From contig NC_058136.1 of NCBI RefSeq assembly GCF_016433145.1, positions 71,101,724 to 71,165,723 on the forward strand: DNA of 64,000 bases, written 5' to 3'. Positions 1 through 12,900 of the stretch are shown here, piece by piece; the first letter of the stretch is position 1, and every line of letters begins with the position of its first letter. The notes beneath the pieces were generated by a model. The model was not told the origin of the DNA and made no database searches. It saw only the letters and a list, made by a program, of their open reading frames with translations. The position numbers and the translations under genes were made by a program. This DNA comes from Gracilinanus agilis (Eukaryota).

Positions 1-3000
1 TGGGTGGAACAGCTGTTTTTCTCAGTACTGCCCTAGGTAGCAGAATAGAAGGCTCTGCCCTGAAGCAGCCCAGATTCTAACTGGGGAGGCAGCATAAACC
101 TATGAGACCTCAAAGGAAAATGAACAAGATAGCATCTTCTGTGCCTAGTACCAGGCAACACTGTGTATGGAATATACTGGGGTGGGGGTAGGGGGTATTA
201 AGGGAGTGGGGCTATGGGAGGGAGTCTTAGAGGAGACCAAGGCCAAGAAACTGAGGCAAAGCCAGGAAGGGGCAAGAGAATCCTATTGCAGATATCATAA
301 TCAGAAGCAAGAATGTGACATGGTAGAGGGGGACTCACTCTCATTCCCAGCAAGCACTTCCTCAGTTTCTTCATCTCTAAAATGGCATAATGATGCCTGT
401 GGCACCTCGTGTAGTAATAAGATCAGATCGGGACTTTGCAAACCTGAAAGCCATTTGTGAATGTCGGCTCTCATTACCCAACTCAAAGGGTTCTTGGAAG
501 GATCAGATGAGATTAGGAAAGGAGGGAGAGATGGAGGAGAACAACAGGGGAAAGGCCAGAAGGGCCACTGCCATCTAGGACTAGAGTGGAGGAGAAAAGA
601 CCGGATTATAATGACGTAGTTGAGATGAGCAGACTTTGGCCCCTGGTCTTCTCAATAAAGGAGGAGGAAAATACCCTTGGCTGAGAGGGAGAGAATGAGG
701 ATTGGCATAGGAGACTTAGGAAAAGCTGTTTGAGACAACTGCTGTCTAGGAAAAGGACTCATCCAGGGAAAATGAAAGTATTCTCTTTTACTAGGGTCTT
801 CATAAGACCTGCAGGGATTTGCAGGATTTCCAAATAGAACCTGTTGACACACTGAGTTAGTTCTTAGAACATGTCTGTAAGCAACATTTTGGGACACAAA
901 TGGCACTTGTGGCTGATTTAGGTGCCAGAGAAGGCATGAAGGTGAAGGGAGAAAGGACTAGATGGGGAAGAGGCTTGAGATCTGAGGTCCAGCTCTGTGA
1001 TTCTGCAACTTTCTTGATTTCAGTCTCTCCTGTAAAATGGGGGCATTCATATAAATGGTTTCTAAAATTCTAAAATGGCTTTGACATTCTGTGATTTTAG
1101 ATGAGTCTGCTTTCAAAAGCTTTGCACAAGCCTTTCCTGATCTCCTCTGCTGCTCCCCTTCTGCCAATCTTCACATAATCTTGCTTTTCTTTTGTGCAGA
1201 TTTATATGTGTTGTCTCCCACTAAAGACTGAAGGCAGAGCTGCTTTGGTTTTTTCTTTGTATCCCCAGCACCTACATAATAAATGCTCATTAAATTGATT
1301 GCCATGGACTCCAGGGGAGGCAATGTTGATGAGTGAGCTGGGTTTCAAGTTGGAAGATGTGAGTTGAAATCTCAGCTCTGTTGATTTGGGGCAAGTCATT
1401 TTACCTGTATTGCCTCAGTTTCTTCATTTGTAAAATGAGGGTAATGGATTTGAAGAGTTTCTTTTCGAATATCCTATCATCTTGGGTTAATTCCTCATCT
1501 TGATGATGATGATAACAATAATAATAATAACAGCTTCTGTATGTGCTATTGCACATACTCCATTAGGTTTCACAAAGCATTTTCCTTCCATTGATTGTTC
1601 CTATGAGGAACGGTGAGCAAACTGACTTTCAAAGGGTATCAGAGCCTTGATTTCTCCATTCCATTCTTCCATTGGTCTCGAAGTACTAAAATTGCTCTGA
1701 GATGTTCTTTTCTGGGTGATTTACTTGTATACTCAGGCTTTCTGAAGATCTGGCACCTTGGCTTTGTGGTTTTGGATTACTGTTTATGTCTCAGGGAAAC
1801 AGATCGAGGTTTTGGGTTGACCCCGGCTGTGTGGTATAGGTAAAAATCTATAGGGTTGTGGATTTCTGTAATTGTGAGAGAACTCCCATCCCAGCCTTTC
1901 TGTAGAGCAGCTTAGCAAGTTCTTAGGATGGCTTCCAGGTCTCCTGACTGGGCCATTTTCCTTTTTGGACTTTACATTATTTCCTCATTGGCAAGCTGGT
2001 TTCACAAACCACTGGAATGCTCTCCAGAATGTTATTTTTTACATAAAGCCTTTGCTGGCTCTACTTAAAAACCTTACCCAGAGAATCTTTCAGCTGGAGG
2101 CCATTCAAAGGACGCTCACCGTTTTGTTAGGGAAGTGAGACTAACACGTTTCAGAAACGTTCCTTGGTTTGATGGACTTCAACCATCAGTGAACAATACA
2201 GATCAGTATATAATCAAGTGCCCTGTCACCGTTGAGCATTAAGTTCTACAAGAACAAGGACTGTTTGTTTCTTTGGGAGCTTGGTGTCCCCAGCAAAGGG
2301 CCTTCCAGGGACTAGACATATAAGAATTGTTTGGATCAAATAACACCTACTGATTTGGTTCTAGTATAGAAGTATGTATGTACACCCCAAGAAAGGCAGG
2401 TAGCCATTGTTAAATGGCCTCTGAATGCCACATCTAGTAAGACATAGCAGAGGAAGGGGAGAGCCTGGCCATTCTTACTCTCTTGTATAAATGGGTAAAG
2501 TAAGGTAAGCCACAGCCTCTGATTGAAGTCTGACTGTTTCCCCTGATTGGTGAGCATGTAAGATAGAGAATTGAGAACCAGGGGATCGGAACCAGTCCCA
2601 AACTCTGAGGAGAACGGGCAGATTGTTTTTGGTGAGCCTCTAGGCCTCAAGGTCTGGAGGGAGTCACTCGCCAGGGGGTACTGGACTACCTTAGGGCAAG
2701 TGTTTACAGTTACCTTGAGCTAAGCTGATCTCAAATCCTTTCTCTTGGGTCTTAGCTTGTCACGTGATTTATTCTCCCTTCCAATTAACTTCCCTAATTG
2801 CTTCTAATTGGCTTTGCTTATCTGGGTCTGATTTTTTTTGTTTGTTTCCTGAATTGGGCTCAGGGACAGAATAAACTTAAGGAGGATGTAGATAAATGCC
2901 TACTTGGCTAACTCAGGCAGGAAAGAGTCCATTGGCTTTGTTAGGGCCAGGCCAGCGAGTTCTCCTTTGCAAAAACCAAGAGAGAACCTGACCTGGTGGG

Positions 3001-3384
3001 TATTCTGGCCCTAGATCCTCTCCATCTCTGATTACAGGGACGGGAGGAGGGGATGAAGGGAAGACCAGGAGACAGGTGGTAGGTTGACCTGCCAGGGCTG
3101 GGGCATCTTCCCTGTTGTAAACTGTTCTGATCTCAGAGAACTGGGCAGCCCTGCCCCCTACTCTGCCTTCCCAACATCCTTGAAATGAGTGGTTCCTTTC
3201 ATTGGGCACTGGTGGTCCAATCCAGAGCTTGTATAGTTCAAGTCTAGCCTTTGGGGTAGGTGGGGTAGGGGTGGGGAAGAAAGCCTCAAGCAGTTGAGCC
3301 CTGGGACTCTAAGGAGTTTATAATCTATGTGTGCTCCACCTTTTAAAGTCAACCCTAGATATGAAAAAGGGCTAGTTATTTTAT

Positions 3385-3550
3385 TATTTTTTTATTAAGA
3401 GATTTTAGTTTTACCAATTACACGTAATAACAAATTTCCACACACGTTTTCCAAAGTTATAGGATGCAGACTGTCTCCCTCCCCCATTCCTGGTGCTGGC
3501 AAGCAATTCGATCTGGGTTATACATGTATTATCATATTTATTTTAGAAAA
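3385..3550 (-). mobile_element. L1 3'-end fragment (marsupial type)
   Basis: T-rich tail then 'ttaccaattacacgtaataac..gcaattcgatctgggttatacatgtattatcat', the same motif seen in the L1 pieces at 23.8 and 24.3 kb. Boundaries approximate. Confidence 0.65.
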
Positions 3551-3964
3551 GAAAGGAAAGAAGAGATCATAGTCCTGCCACCTGCTAGCTAGACAAGCCT
3601 CTGTGAGCTTCCCTTTTCTCACTTGTAAGATGGGGATGAATAAGTTGGACTGTTTATTTCTTGGTGTGCAAAGAAGGGGCTTTGTAACCCTTAAAATGCT
3701 GTGGAATCCAGAGTTGTTATTACTCTGTTGTCCTAGGTCTGGGCCCACAGTAGAGACTCCCTTTATAAAGCCTTGGTATTCTCCTTCCTAACAAAATTGG
3801 TCTTTGTACCCATCGAGGGCACAGCACACTTGCACTTCCTAAATATGTTTGGGTAACGGGGTCCAAAAAGGTGGGCAGCTACGTCGCACCCCTGAGCCTC
3901 AGTTCCTCTAATAGGGCATGACATGGTGGGTAATGGAAGTTTGGGTCTGATTTTTGTTTTCCAG

Positions 3965-6900
3965 GTTTTAGGTACACGGGAGGCCAGCTGGAGGGGCTTC
4001 TCCTCAGTAAGTGCCTGTCTTGCGTGTGTGCAAATTCTCTTTGCCTCAGCCCTTCTGGGTGCCCGCTGAGCTGTCGACAGCCTCCAGGGGTCCTGCCCCC
4101 ACCCCACCCCCACCCTTTGTCCTCCCTTTCCCCCCCTCCCCCCCGCAGCACGCTTGACAGGGGCTTCCAAGGAGGTGGCTCAAATCCTCCCAGGGTTTCC
4201 CACTTAGAGTGGGGCTGGGCCCCCCTCCTGGGCCCACCTCTCATCTATCCCAGGCTGCCCCTCAAAGAGCCCTACCTCCCCTTGCCTTGCCCTGCCCCCT
4301 GCTGTGCAGGGCCAGCCAGTGTTGAATGGGGAGGGGAGGAGAGGAGGCCCTATGCCAGGGAGCAGCAGCCTTGATGAGCCCCATCCCCACCCCCAGGTGG
4401 TCAGCAGCAGCAGCCAGGCCTTGCAGGGTGACCACTCTAACTTCTGTCATTTTGTCTCTTCCCTTTTCGCCCCGTCCTTCTTTTGGCTTTGTTTTTCCTG
4501 TTCCGGGCACTAGCAGCAAACAATCGTGAGTATCGTTTTTCCTGCTTCTGGTTGGAGATGGGTTTTGAGGAGGCACAGGGTCATGTCTGCCATCACCCAC
4601 CCTAGTTCCCATCTGCCCCTTTCTCTGCCTTCCCCAGGTGCCCAGCCTGGCTTCTCTCCACTCTCATTGTTTCTCTTTAGTGATAGGGGAGGCCAGGCAG
4701 CACTTGGCTCAGAATTGTCCCCTGTGGGGAGTGTGGTGGGCGCTTCAATGGGCAGAGCCCTGGTGGCAGAAACTGGTGTTCTTTTGCCAGCATATCCGTA
4801 GGTGGTCTGGGTGTACCCTGATGATGAACTCTCGACCCTTGGGGTGGATGGGGTGGGAGACCTCGGCCTAAAAGCCCAAGGCTAGAGCCATTCTGGTGTC
4901 TTTCCACCTTAGCCTATGTACCATCCATTCCCACTCATCAGCTAATGGATAGGTTCTACATGAGTGATTCCCTCTATTCTTCCAGTCCAGGTCAGGGGTC
5001 TGGTTCCTAATGATAGAGGGTAAGGGGCTGCCAGACATCCCTAAGTATTCCCTTAACTCCTTGACTTCCTTTCCACAGCCTCCGTCCGCCAAGTATGGAG
5101 GCCGACATACTGTGACCATGATTCCTGGCGATGGCATTGGGCCGGAGCTCATGCTGCATGTCAAGTCTGTGTTCAGGTATGGAGTTACCCCTTTCTTCCC
5201 CTTCCCACCCCCATCCCTTTTCTCAGTGCTTCTACCTGCTGTCCCCTGCTCGGATTGAGCTTTGCTACTTTGCATAGTTTAGAGAATAGTAGAGCTGGCA
5301 GGGCCCTCTGATCTAATGAAGTTGGTGGGGAGATGGATAAGCCCAGGCCCAGGGAATAATTGAGACTAGAGCTCAATCTAGGGGCTTGAGTCTCCCAGGG
5401 CTCTGAGAAGCTGGCTGTCCTGAAGATCCCCTGGCATCTGATAGGGATGGTATTGAGTAGCAATAGCATCCATGTTTGGGGAGTGCTTTAGACCTTCCTC
5501 ATTAAGGACATTGGGATATAGAGGAAAGGACATTGGTCTAACAAACCATAAAAGGAGCTGGCTTCTCAGCCTGCCTCTTTCTCTGTCATCTGGGACAATT
5601 CACTTCTCCTTTAGGCTCGTTTCCACTGTATATCAAATGTGTAGCTTGGACAGGATGAGTTCTCAGCCTCTATAATGAAGGTACATTTGACAGATGAGGG
5701 AATTGAGGCACAGAGGATTCCTTTTTTTTTTTTTAAACTCATACCTTCTGATTTAGATTCAACACTGAGTTTCAGTTCCAAGACAGAAGAACCATAAAGA
5801 CAAGACAATGGGGGTTAAGTGACTTGCCCATAGTCCCACAGCTAGGAAGTGTCTGAGACCAGATTTGTACCCAGGACCTCCCATCTCCAGGCCCATCCAC
5901 TGAGCCAGCTAGCTGCATGAAATCCTTTGGTGAAGATTGAACAGTCTCTGTCCCTTCCTTCTCCGAGTCCCCTCAATTAACCTGCTTTTGAGTAAAACAG
6001 GATTTTTCCTGAGTTTGGTTAAAGCAGGAGGCACCTGTTGGTGGGTCAGTTTGCTTTGTTTCCATATTTCTTAGCTCACTCTGCTTGACACATGGCTTTG
6101 GCAGGTACTGGGCAGTGGCATTTTGCAAAGCCTTCTGAGTACCTGCTGTGGCCTCTGCTTTACCCTGATGGGAGCAGAAAGAGACCTTGGTTTTGGAGGG
6201 CCCCAAACTACTTAAAAACAGGGTGAGGCAGAGAAAGAGTGATCAGGGCGGAATTTGAAGAACCTTGAAGGTTAGAGAAGGCCAAGCTGATGGCCCTGGA
6301 CAGTGGGCCTCCCGGTTATCTGGTAATTCCTGTGGGGGACTGGGCTGAGTCTCTGAGTTGAAGAAAGGGGAGTTTGTTGAGCTGGGATAGCCAGCTAGTG
6401 TTAGCCACTCTACACTTCTTTCTTGGCCCCAGACATGCCTGTGTGCCTGTGGATTTTGAAGAGGTCCAGGTGAACTCGAATGCTGACGAGGAAGACATCC
6501 GCAACGCCATCATGGCCATCCGACGAAATCGCGTAGCTTTGAAGGGTAAGCTTTGTCCTTGAGTGTGAGTGTGCTTGGGGGGTGGGGTGGGGAGATGAGG
6601 GAGGTGAACACTACCCATTTCCCTTGGGGGGTGGTGGGTGGATAGCAGGACTCCTGGGTTCCATTCCCAGGACTCTGATAAGGAGGCTGAGAATCTCAAG
6701 TTGGAAAGGGGCTTAGTGGTCATCTGTTTGAGATGGGAAGTTCCTTAAGGTTGTTAGATTACATCTAGAGCCCAGGGCCCTGCATGTGGGAGATTGCTTT
6801 CTTGAATCTCCCATTGAGTACAGGAATCGCCTCTGTAGCATTTCCTAGTAGTGGGGAACTCCCCATCTATTCTGTCAGGGACACACCTGGGTTGTGTCTG

Positions 6901-9900
6901 TAGTGTGCCTACCGGGGCTAGCTCCCTGGGCCAACCTTGTTCCCTTTTACATGTGACAAGTCTATAAACATATATACATTTTTAACCCTTACCTTCTACC
7001 TTAGAATCAATCCTAGTATTGGTTCCAAGGCAGAAAGATTAGGCAATGAGAGTTAAGTGACTTGCCCAGGGTCACCCAGCTAGGAAGTTTCTGAGGCCAG
7101 ATTTGAACCTAGGACCTCCCATCTCTAGACCTTGCTCTCAATCCACTGAGCTACCTCACTGTCCCAGTCCTTTGACTATTGAAAGACAGAGCTGGTATCT
7201 CTCCTAGGTTTTCCCTTCTTTTGGCTGAATGTCCCCGCATCTTCCAACTCCTCTTGGTGTAATCTCTGCTTCAGAACCTGCCCTCCCCTGGTCTGCCTTC
7301 CTCTGAACTTGAAAGCCGGGGGACTCCTACCTTCCTGGTTTGAGCTGAGATGTTTCTATTAATAGAGCCTCAGATTTCCTTCGTTTTCTTGGCAGTCAGG
7401 ATGCATTGACTCATACTGAGCTTGTAGTCAGAGAAAACCCCTAAGTCATAGGAACTGTTGTCAAGCCCAATCTGCCTCATCCTGTCTTCTCTGCCTTTGC
7501 TTTTTTTACCCTAAGTGACAGGAAGTTACATTGATCTGGGGAAACTCTACCTCGTCAGCCCTGCCTGTTGGGAGTATAGGGATCCTGGTTCCCTATGCTC
7601 CTGGAATCAATACCTCAGCCCTCTTCAAAGCCAAACAGGGCCTGGAGCTACATGGGAAGTAAATGCTGTTGAGGAAGGCAGGCAGTGCCCAGATAGTTTA
7701 GAACAAGCCCTTCTTCAGCAGTCACTTGGTGCAGAAGCATTTCTCTCCCCCTGCTTCAAGAAGAGAAAGAGAGAGAAATTTCAGAGCTAGACCTTTAACC
7801 TTCAGGAAGCAGTTTGGTAGAAGTAGCATTTGGTTCCACTGGGGGCTTCTTACTCTGGTGCCCTTTACCCAAGTCCACTCTCTTGCTTGTATTCCCTAGG
7901 AAATATCGAAACCAACCATAATCTGCCACCATCCTATAAATCCCGTAACAACATTCTTCGGTAAGAGCCACCACCATCATGACAAAGGGCGTTGGGGAAA
8001 TGTTGGCGGCTTCCTGCCAGATATATGGACTCTCTCTTTCCTCTCCCTTTATCTCTAGCACCAGCTTAGACCTCTATGCCAATGTCATCCACTGTAAGAG
8101 TCTGCCAGGCGTGGTGACTCGCCACAAAGACATAGACATCCTCATCGTGAGGGAGAACACAGAGGGAGAATATAGCAGCCTGGAACATGAGGTGAGACCG
8201 CTTCTTCCCCATCCCTTCCATCCCCAGCTAGTCCAGTGTGTGTCACTGGACCTACCCTCAGCTGTACTGATGTGGACACCTGGTTTCTGATCTTGGGAGC
8301 TCCTACTTGGTTTGGGGGAATGACTCCTCCATGTAGAATCCAGCCAGGTGATAAGTGAAGTCTTTAATGAGTTCTCAAAAGAGATAGAAGTAGAAAGTCA
8401 TAGAATATTAGTGGACCTTAGTGATCATCTCAACCTCAACCATCCCAGGAGGCCTAACTGTAGTGAGAGTCCCCTTTCTTCTCCAGTTCTGTAAGTTCAT
8501 CTTCTTTATCAGAACTACAGAGAGAGACACACACAGAGAGATTCCCTCCATGGCTACGTACTGCTTTCACAGTATTCCCAAAGTCTGGTAAACTTGGCAT
8601 CTTTTAGGCCTGGCAGATTGAAACCAGAGACTCACAGATTCTTCTCTACAACAGAAGTTAAACATGCTGAAATGTGATCAATTCATGTTTAAAGGAGAAC
8701 TTTAAAAAACAAAAAACAAAAAAACAACCTCTGGAGCAACTGGGTAGATTAGTGGATTGAGAGCCAGGCCTAGAGGTCCTAGGTTCAAATCTGGCCTCAG
8801 ACACTTCCTACCTGTGTGACCCTGGGCAAGTCACTTCACCCCCACTGTCCAGCCCTTACTGCTCTTCTGCCTTGGAGCCAATACGCAGTGTTGATTCTAA
8901 GATGGAAGGTGAGGGCTTAAAAAAAACTTCCAAACCCCTTACTTTCCATCTTAGAATCAACACTGGGTATTGGTTCCAAGGCAGAAGAGTGGTAAGGGCT
9001 GGACAGTGTTGGTTGTGACTTGCCCAGGGTCACATAGCTAAAAAATATCTGAGGTCATATTTGAACCCAGGGCCTTGCATCCCCAGACCTGGCTCTCTAT
9101 CCACTGAGCCACCTAACTGCCCCCAAGAGAACTCATTTTTACTGTTTACCCAAAGGAGAAAGAGGTCTAGCAGATAACTATTGCCTGAGAAACTGGGCTT
9201 CCACAACTTATAAATCACACTTAGCCCCATCATTGTAAAAGCCTGTGGGCATGGAGGGGACTGTATTTTTTAAGGAAAGACCTTCCCAAACCTAGGTTAG
9301 AACAGTGTATCAAAAGATGCAAACTCCAGGGCCCTTGCTCACACCACCTGGAGATCTGGTCTACAGCTGCAGAGATAGGCTGAAGGGGGAGCCTCACCAG
9401 GCCTTTTCAGCCTTATCTGGGGATTCTGCAACTCAGAAGGAACCATCCTGGTGCTCGGTGTAGTAGTGATGCACCACTATCTTCTGTGTTCTTTTAGATG
9501 TCTTTCTGTCCCAGTTTGGCCTTGCCAACATTTTGTTTCTCTTTTACAAGCCAGTCGCCTACACAAAAGAGCATGTGAACTAGTTAAATTTCTTCAAGGC
9601 CTGAAAGAAGAACATTCTGTATAAGGACAGCCTTGTGGGGACACTTTGTAGATTTCTGCCAGATTCTGGGCTGGGCAGTGCATGTTGGACACACTCTGCT
9701 CTGCTGATCTTGATTTTGTTCCTCTTTTCTTGATGGCCAGTACAGTGTGGTCCCCAAATTGTCAATTAATGTCAAATCTTGATGCTATCTCAAGAGTCTA
9801 CGTACAGGGAGGAAAACAATTCCGATCACACCACTTCTTATGAAACTGTGACATTAGACCTTCCGACTGCCCCTAGATTCTCTACGTGAGCCTGATTCAG

Positions 9901-12900
9901 AGACAGATAGGCCTCTCAGGACAGTTATGGCTTCAGTATGTCTCTTGTGAACAGCAAGATGGATCCTTTTGAAAGCCACCTCTCTGGAGCTGCCCAATGA
10001 ATTAGGAGCAGAGCCAGACCTAGTAGCCAACCTTTCATTCTCATTCTGGGCCGTTTTGGTAGGGGAGAGAGAGTTAGGGCTCAGCCTTCCGGCTCGGGGC
10101 AGGTAGAGAGACGAGGAACCCAGATGACCCAGCAGCCATTTTCTAACATCCACTAGAAGCGCAACAGCCCAATGATTGTTAGTTTTCAGAGCAGGCCTTG
10201 GACATTGGGGATGCTCCTCTTTGAGCAGGGCCTTCAGAGTCTGTAATAGGTGATTGTTAATGGCCTTGATAGGGACAGATCTTTGTCCTTTGAGACCTGA
10301 GTTGTTGGGAGCCAAGTGTGAGGAGATTGGGGAAGAGTATGAGCCTTCTGGAGGTATATGCAGGGTTCTCAGAAAGGAACTGACCACTTCCTTCTTGAGT
10401 CCCTAAACCAGCTCTCTAAGGAAGATTCCAGTGAAGGCCCTTAGTGGTCTGACCTGGGGCAGCGTGCCACGGGGCCACAGCTTGTAGGTATGGAGAAATC
10501 GATTCTGATAAGTCAATTTACAAAGCCAGTCTTACTCCAGACAATGAGCTGAGACTCACTGTTGCAGAGGTTTTCTACCTAGCATGGGAGCGAGTGCCCA
10601 GGCTAGGGGCTCTGTAGGCCCTTAAATTGGCCAAGAAGTAGATAAGGAGGGGCAGCTGGGTAGCTCAGTGGAGTGAGAGTCAGGCCTAGAGACAGGAGGT
10701 CCTAGGTTCAAACCCGGCCTCAGCCACTTCCCAGCTGTGTGACCCTGGGCAAGTCACTTGACCCCCATTGCCCACCCTTACCACTCTTCCACCTATGAGA
10801 CAATACACCGAAGTACAAGGGTTTAAAAAAAAAAAAAAGAAGTAGATAAGGCCGATGGCCTACCCCCCAGCCCTGTGTGTAGCAGAAGACTTCCTAAGGG
10901 AAAGAGAATCACCCACCCCCCACCCTTTTACCCCCACAGAGTGTTTCAGGTGTGGTGGAAAGCCTGAAGATCATCACCAAGGCCAAGTCCCTGCGCATTG
11001 CTGAGTATGCTTTCCGGCTGGCCCAGGAAACCGGGCGCAAGAAAGTGACTGCCGTGCACAAAGCCAATATCATGTAGGGATGTGGGACTGGGGAGGGGGA
11101 TTGATGATAACGGATTCATTTTTACCTCTCTCCCCTCTCCTCCATTACTCCTTTCATGCTATTTCTCCCCATTTCTCCATCTCCTTTCCCCTGATCATAG
11201 GACCCATTGAAAGATCTAGATGGGGAAACTTGAGTCCCAGAGGGAAAGGGATTACCCAAGGTCACACAGCAAGCTGGTTGCAGAACCAGGACTAGAATCC
11301 AGGCCTCCTGCCCCCATCCTGTGTGCTCTTGATCACTCTATACCACTTCACCGAATGTTCTCGTTTTTGTGATCCACCAAGCTTTCTGTCCCTCTCGTAG
11401 GAAACTGGGAGATGGCCTCTTCCTCCAGTGCTGTAAGGAGGTAGCTACAGGTTATCCAAACATCACTTTTGAGAGTATGATCGTGGACAACACCACGATG
11501 CAGGTACCCGGCCCCAGCCCGCCCAGCTTGCCCAACTATCCAGCTAGCCTCAGCTTAACTGCCACCTCCTTTCCCAGCCTCCAGATGCAGAGATATATGA
11601 GCTTAGTGCCTCAGCACTGTGTGTGTGTGGGGGGGGAGCCAGTAATTCTTCCAAAGCAGATAAAGCCCCCATCCTAGCCCTTAGATGGCAGAGCTGGTAG
11701 AGACCATAGGGATGTTAGACCAACTCCTCAGTCCTGTAGGGGAGGCTGCTGGAGCCCACAGCATGCTGGGAGGCTGTCCAGGGGGTCAGGCCCAGCTCTG
11801 CTGCTTGCTGCCTGAGTGGCTTTGAGGAAGCACCTCAGCTGAGCTTAGACAAGTTTGAAGGGCAGTACCTCCGACCCTGCTTTTCCAAAAAAACCATGAT
11901 TCATTTGGGTCGGGGCCCTTTGACATTTGGGTTTCACTTTGACTGTATTCGTGTTTTAGACTCTAGTGCTGTATTTTTTAAACCCTTACCTTGGTCTTAA
12001 AATTGAAACAAGAATTAGTTCCAAGTCAGGAGAGCGGTAAGGACTAAGTATTTGGGGTCAAGTGACTTGCCCAGGATCACCCAGATAGGAAGCGCCTGAG
12101 GCCAGAACCCAGAACCTGCCGACTCCTCTTCAGGCCTGGCTCTATCCACCTCGCCACCTCGCCACCCTGCCAGTGCTATATTTTAGTCACAGTGGTCCCA
12201 TGGGGGGAAGGGAGAATTGAGCTTTCTTGATTTTCATATGTCTCCACCTCTGCTTGCTGGTATCCCTCTTCCCTTGATGTTTGAGCTCTGTGTCTGTTTT
12301 GCTTTCCCTGTGCAGTCCCTTAGGAAGCCCAGCAGGACTTGTGTGCTTGGCCTCAGGGTTCTTCTGTACATTGGGTACCGGGCATGTGTAGTCTCTCTGA
12401 CCCAAGCTCTGTCCACAGCTGGTATCTCGGCCCCAGCAGTTTGATGTCATGGTGATGCCCAATCTTTATGGCAACATCGTCAACAATGTCTGTGCTGGCC
12501 TAGTCGGGGGCCCAGGCCTTGTGGCTGGGGCAAATTACGGGCATGTGTATGCAGTCTTTGAGACGGTGAGTGGCTAGGATTGAATCCGGAAGGGGTGGAG
12601 AGAAGTAGCTGGAATTGTTCCCTTCACACCCCTGGCCCCCCGTCTTCTTCCAGGCAACCCGGAACACAGGTAAAAGCATCGCCAATAAGAACATCGCTAA
12701 CCCTACAGCCACCCTGCTGGCCAGCTGCATGATGCTGGACCATCTGAAGTAAGTCGGCCTCATTCTTGGGCCTTCTTGTTTTGGGCAAAGGGTGGGACAG
12801 GGTGGGGCATTCAGGGTCTCTGTCTCCCCTCTATCCTGGTGCCTGGGGACCAGCCAGAGTCCTGAGCTCTCTCTGTCCCCCATCTCATCTGTCTCAGGCT

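Noticed and set aside
2140-2200. Short inverted repeats (ACGTTTC-A-GAAACGT; TGATGG..CCATCA) as a snoRNA or miRNA
   Set aside because: The stems are only 6-7 bp and I see no convincing box motifs or long hairpin.
1-3964. IDH3G exon 1 or the shared SSR4/IDH3G promoter
   Set aside because: No CpG island and no MALKV..RPWE-like exon found; it must lie upstream of the window.
10648-10720. tRNA gene
   Set aside because: The tRNA-like A/B boxes are the head of a SINE, followed by core, tail, poly-A and TSD.
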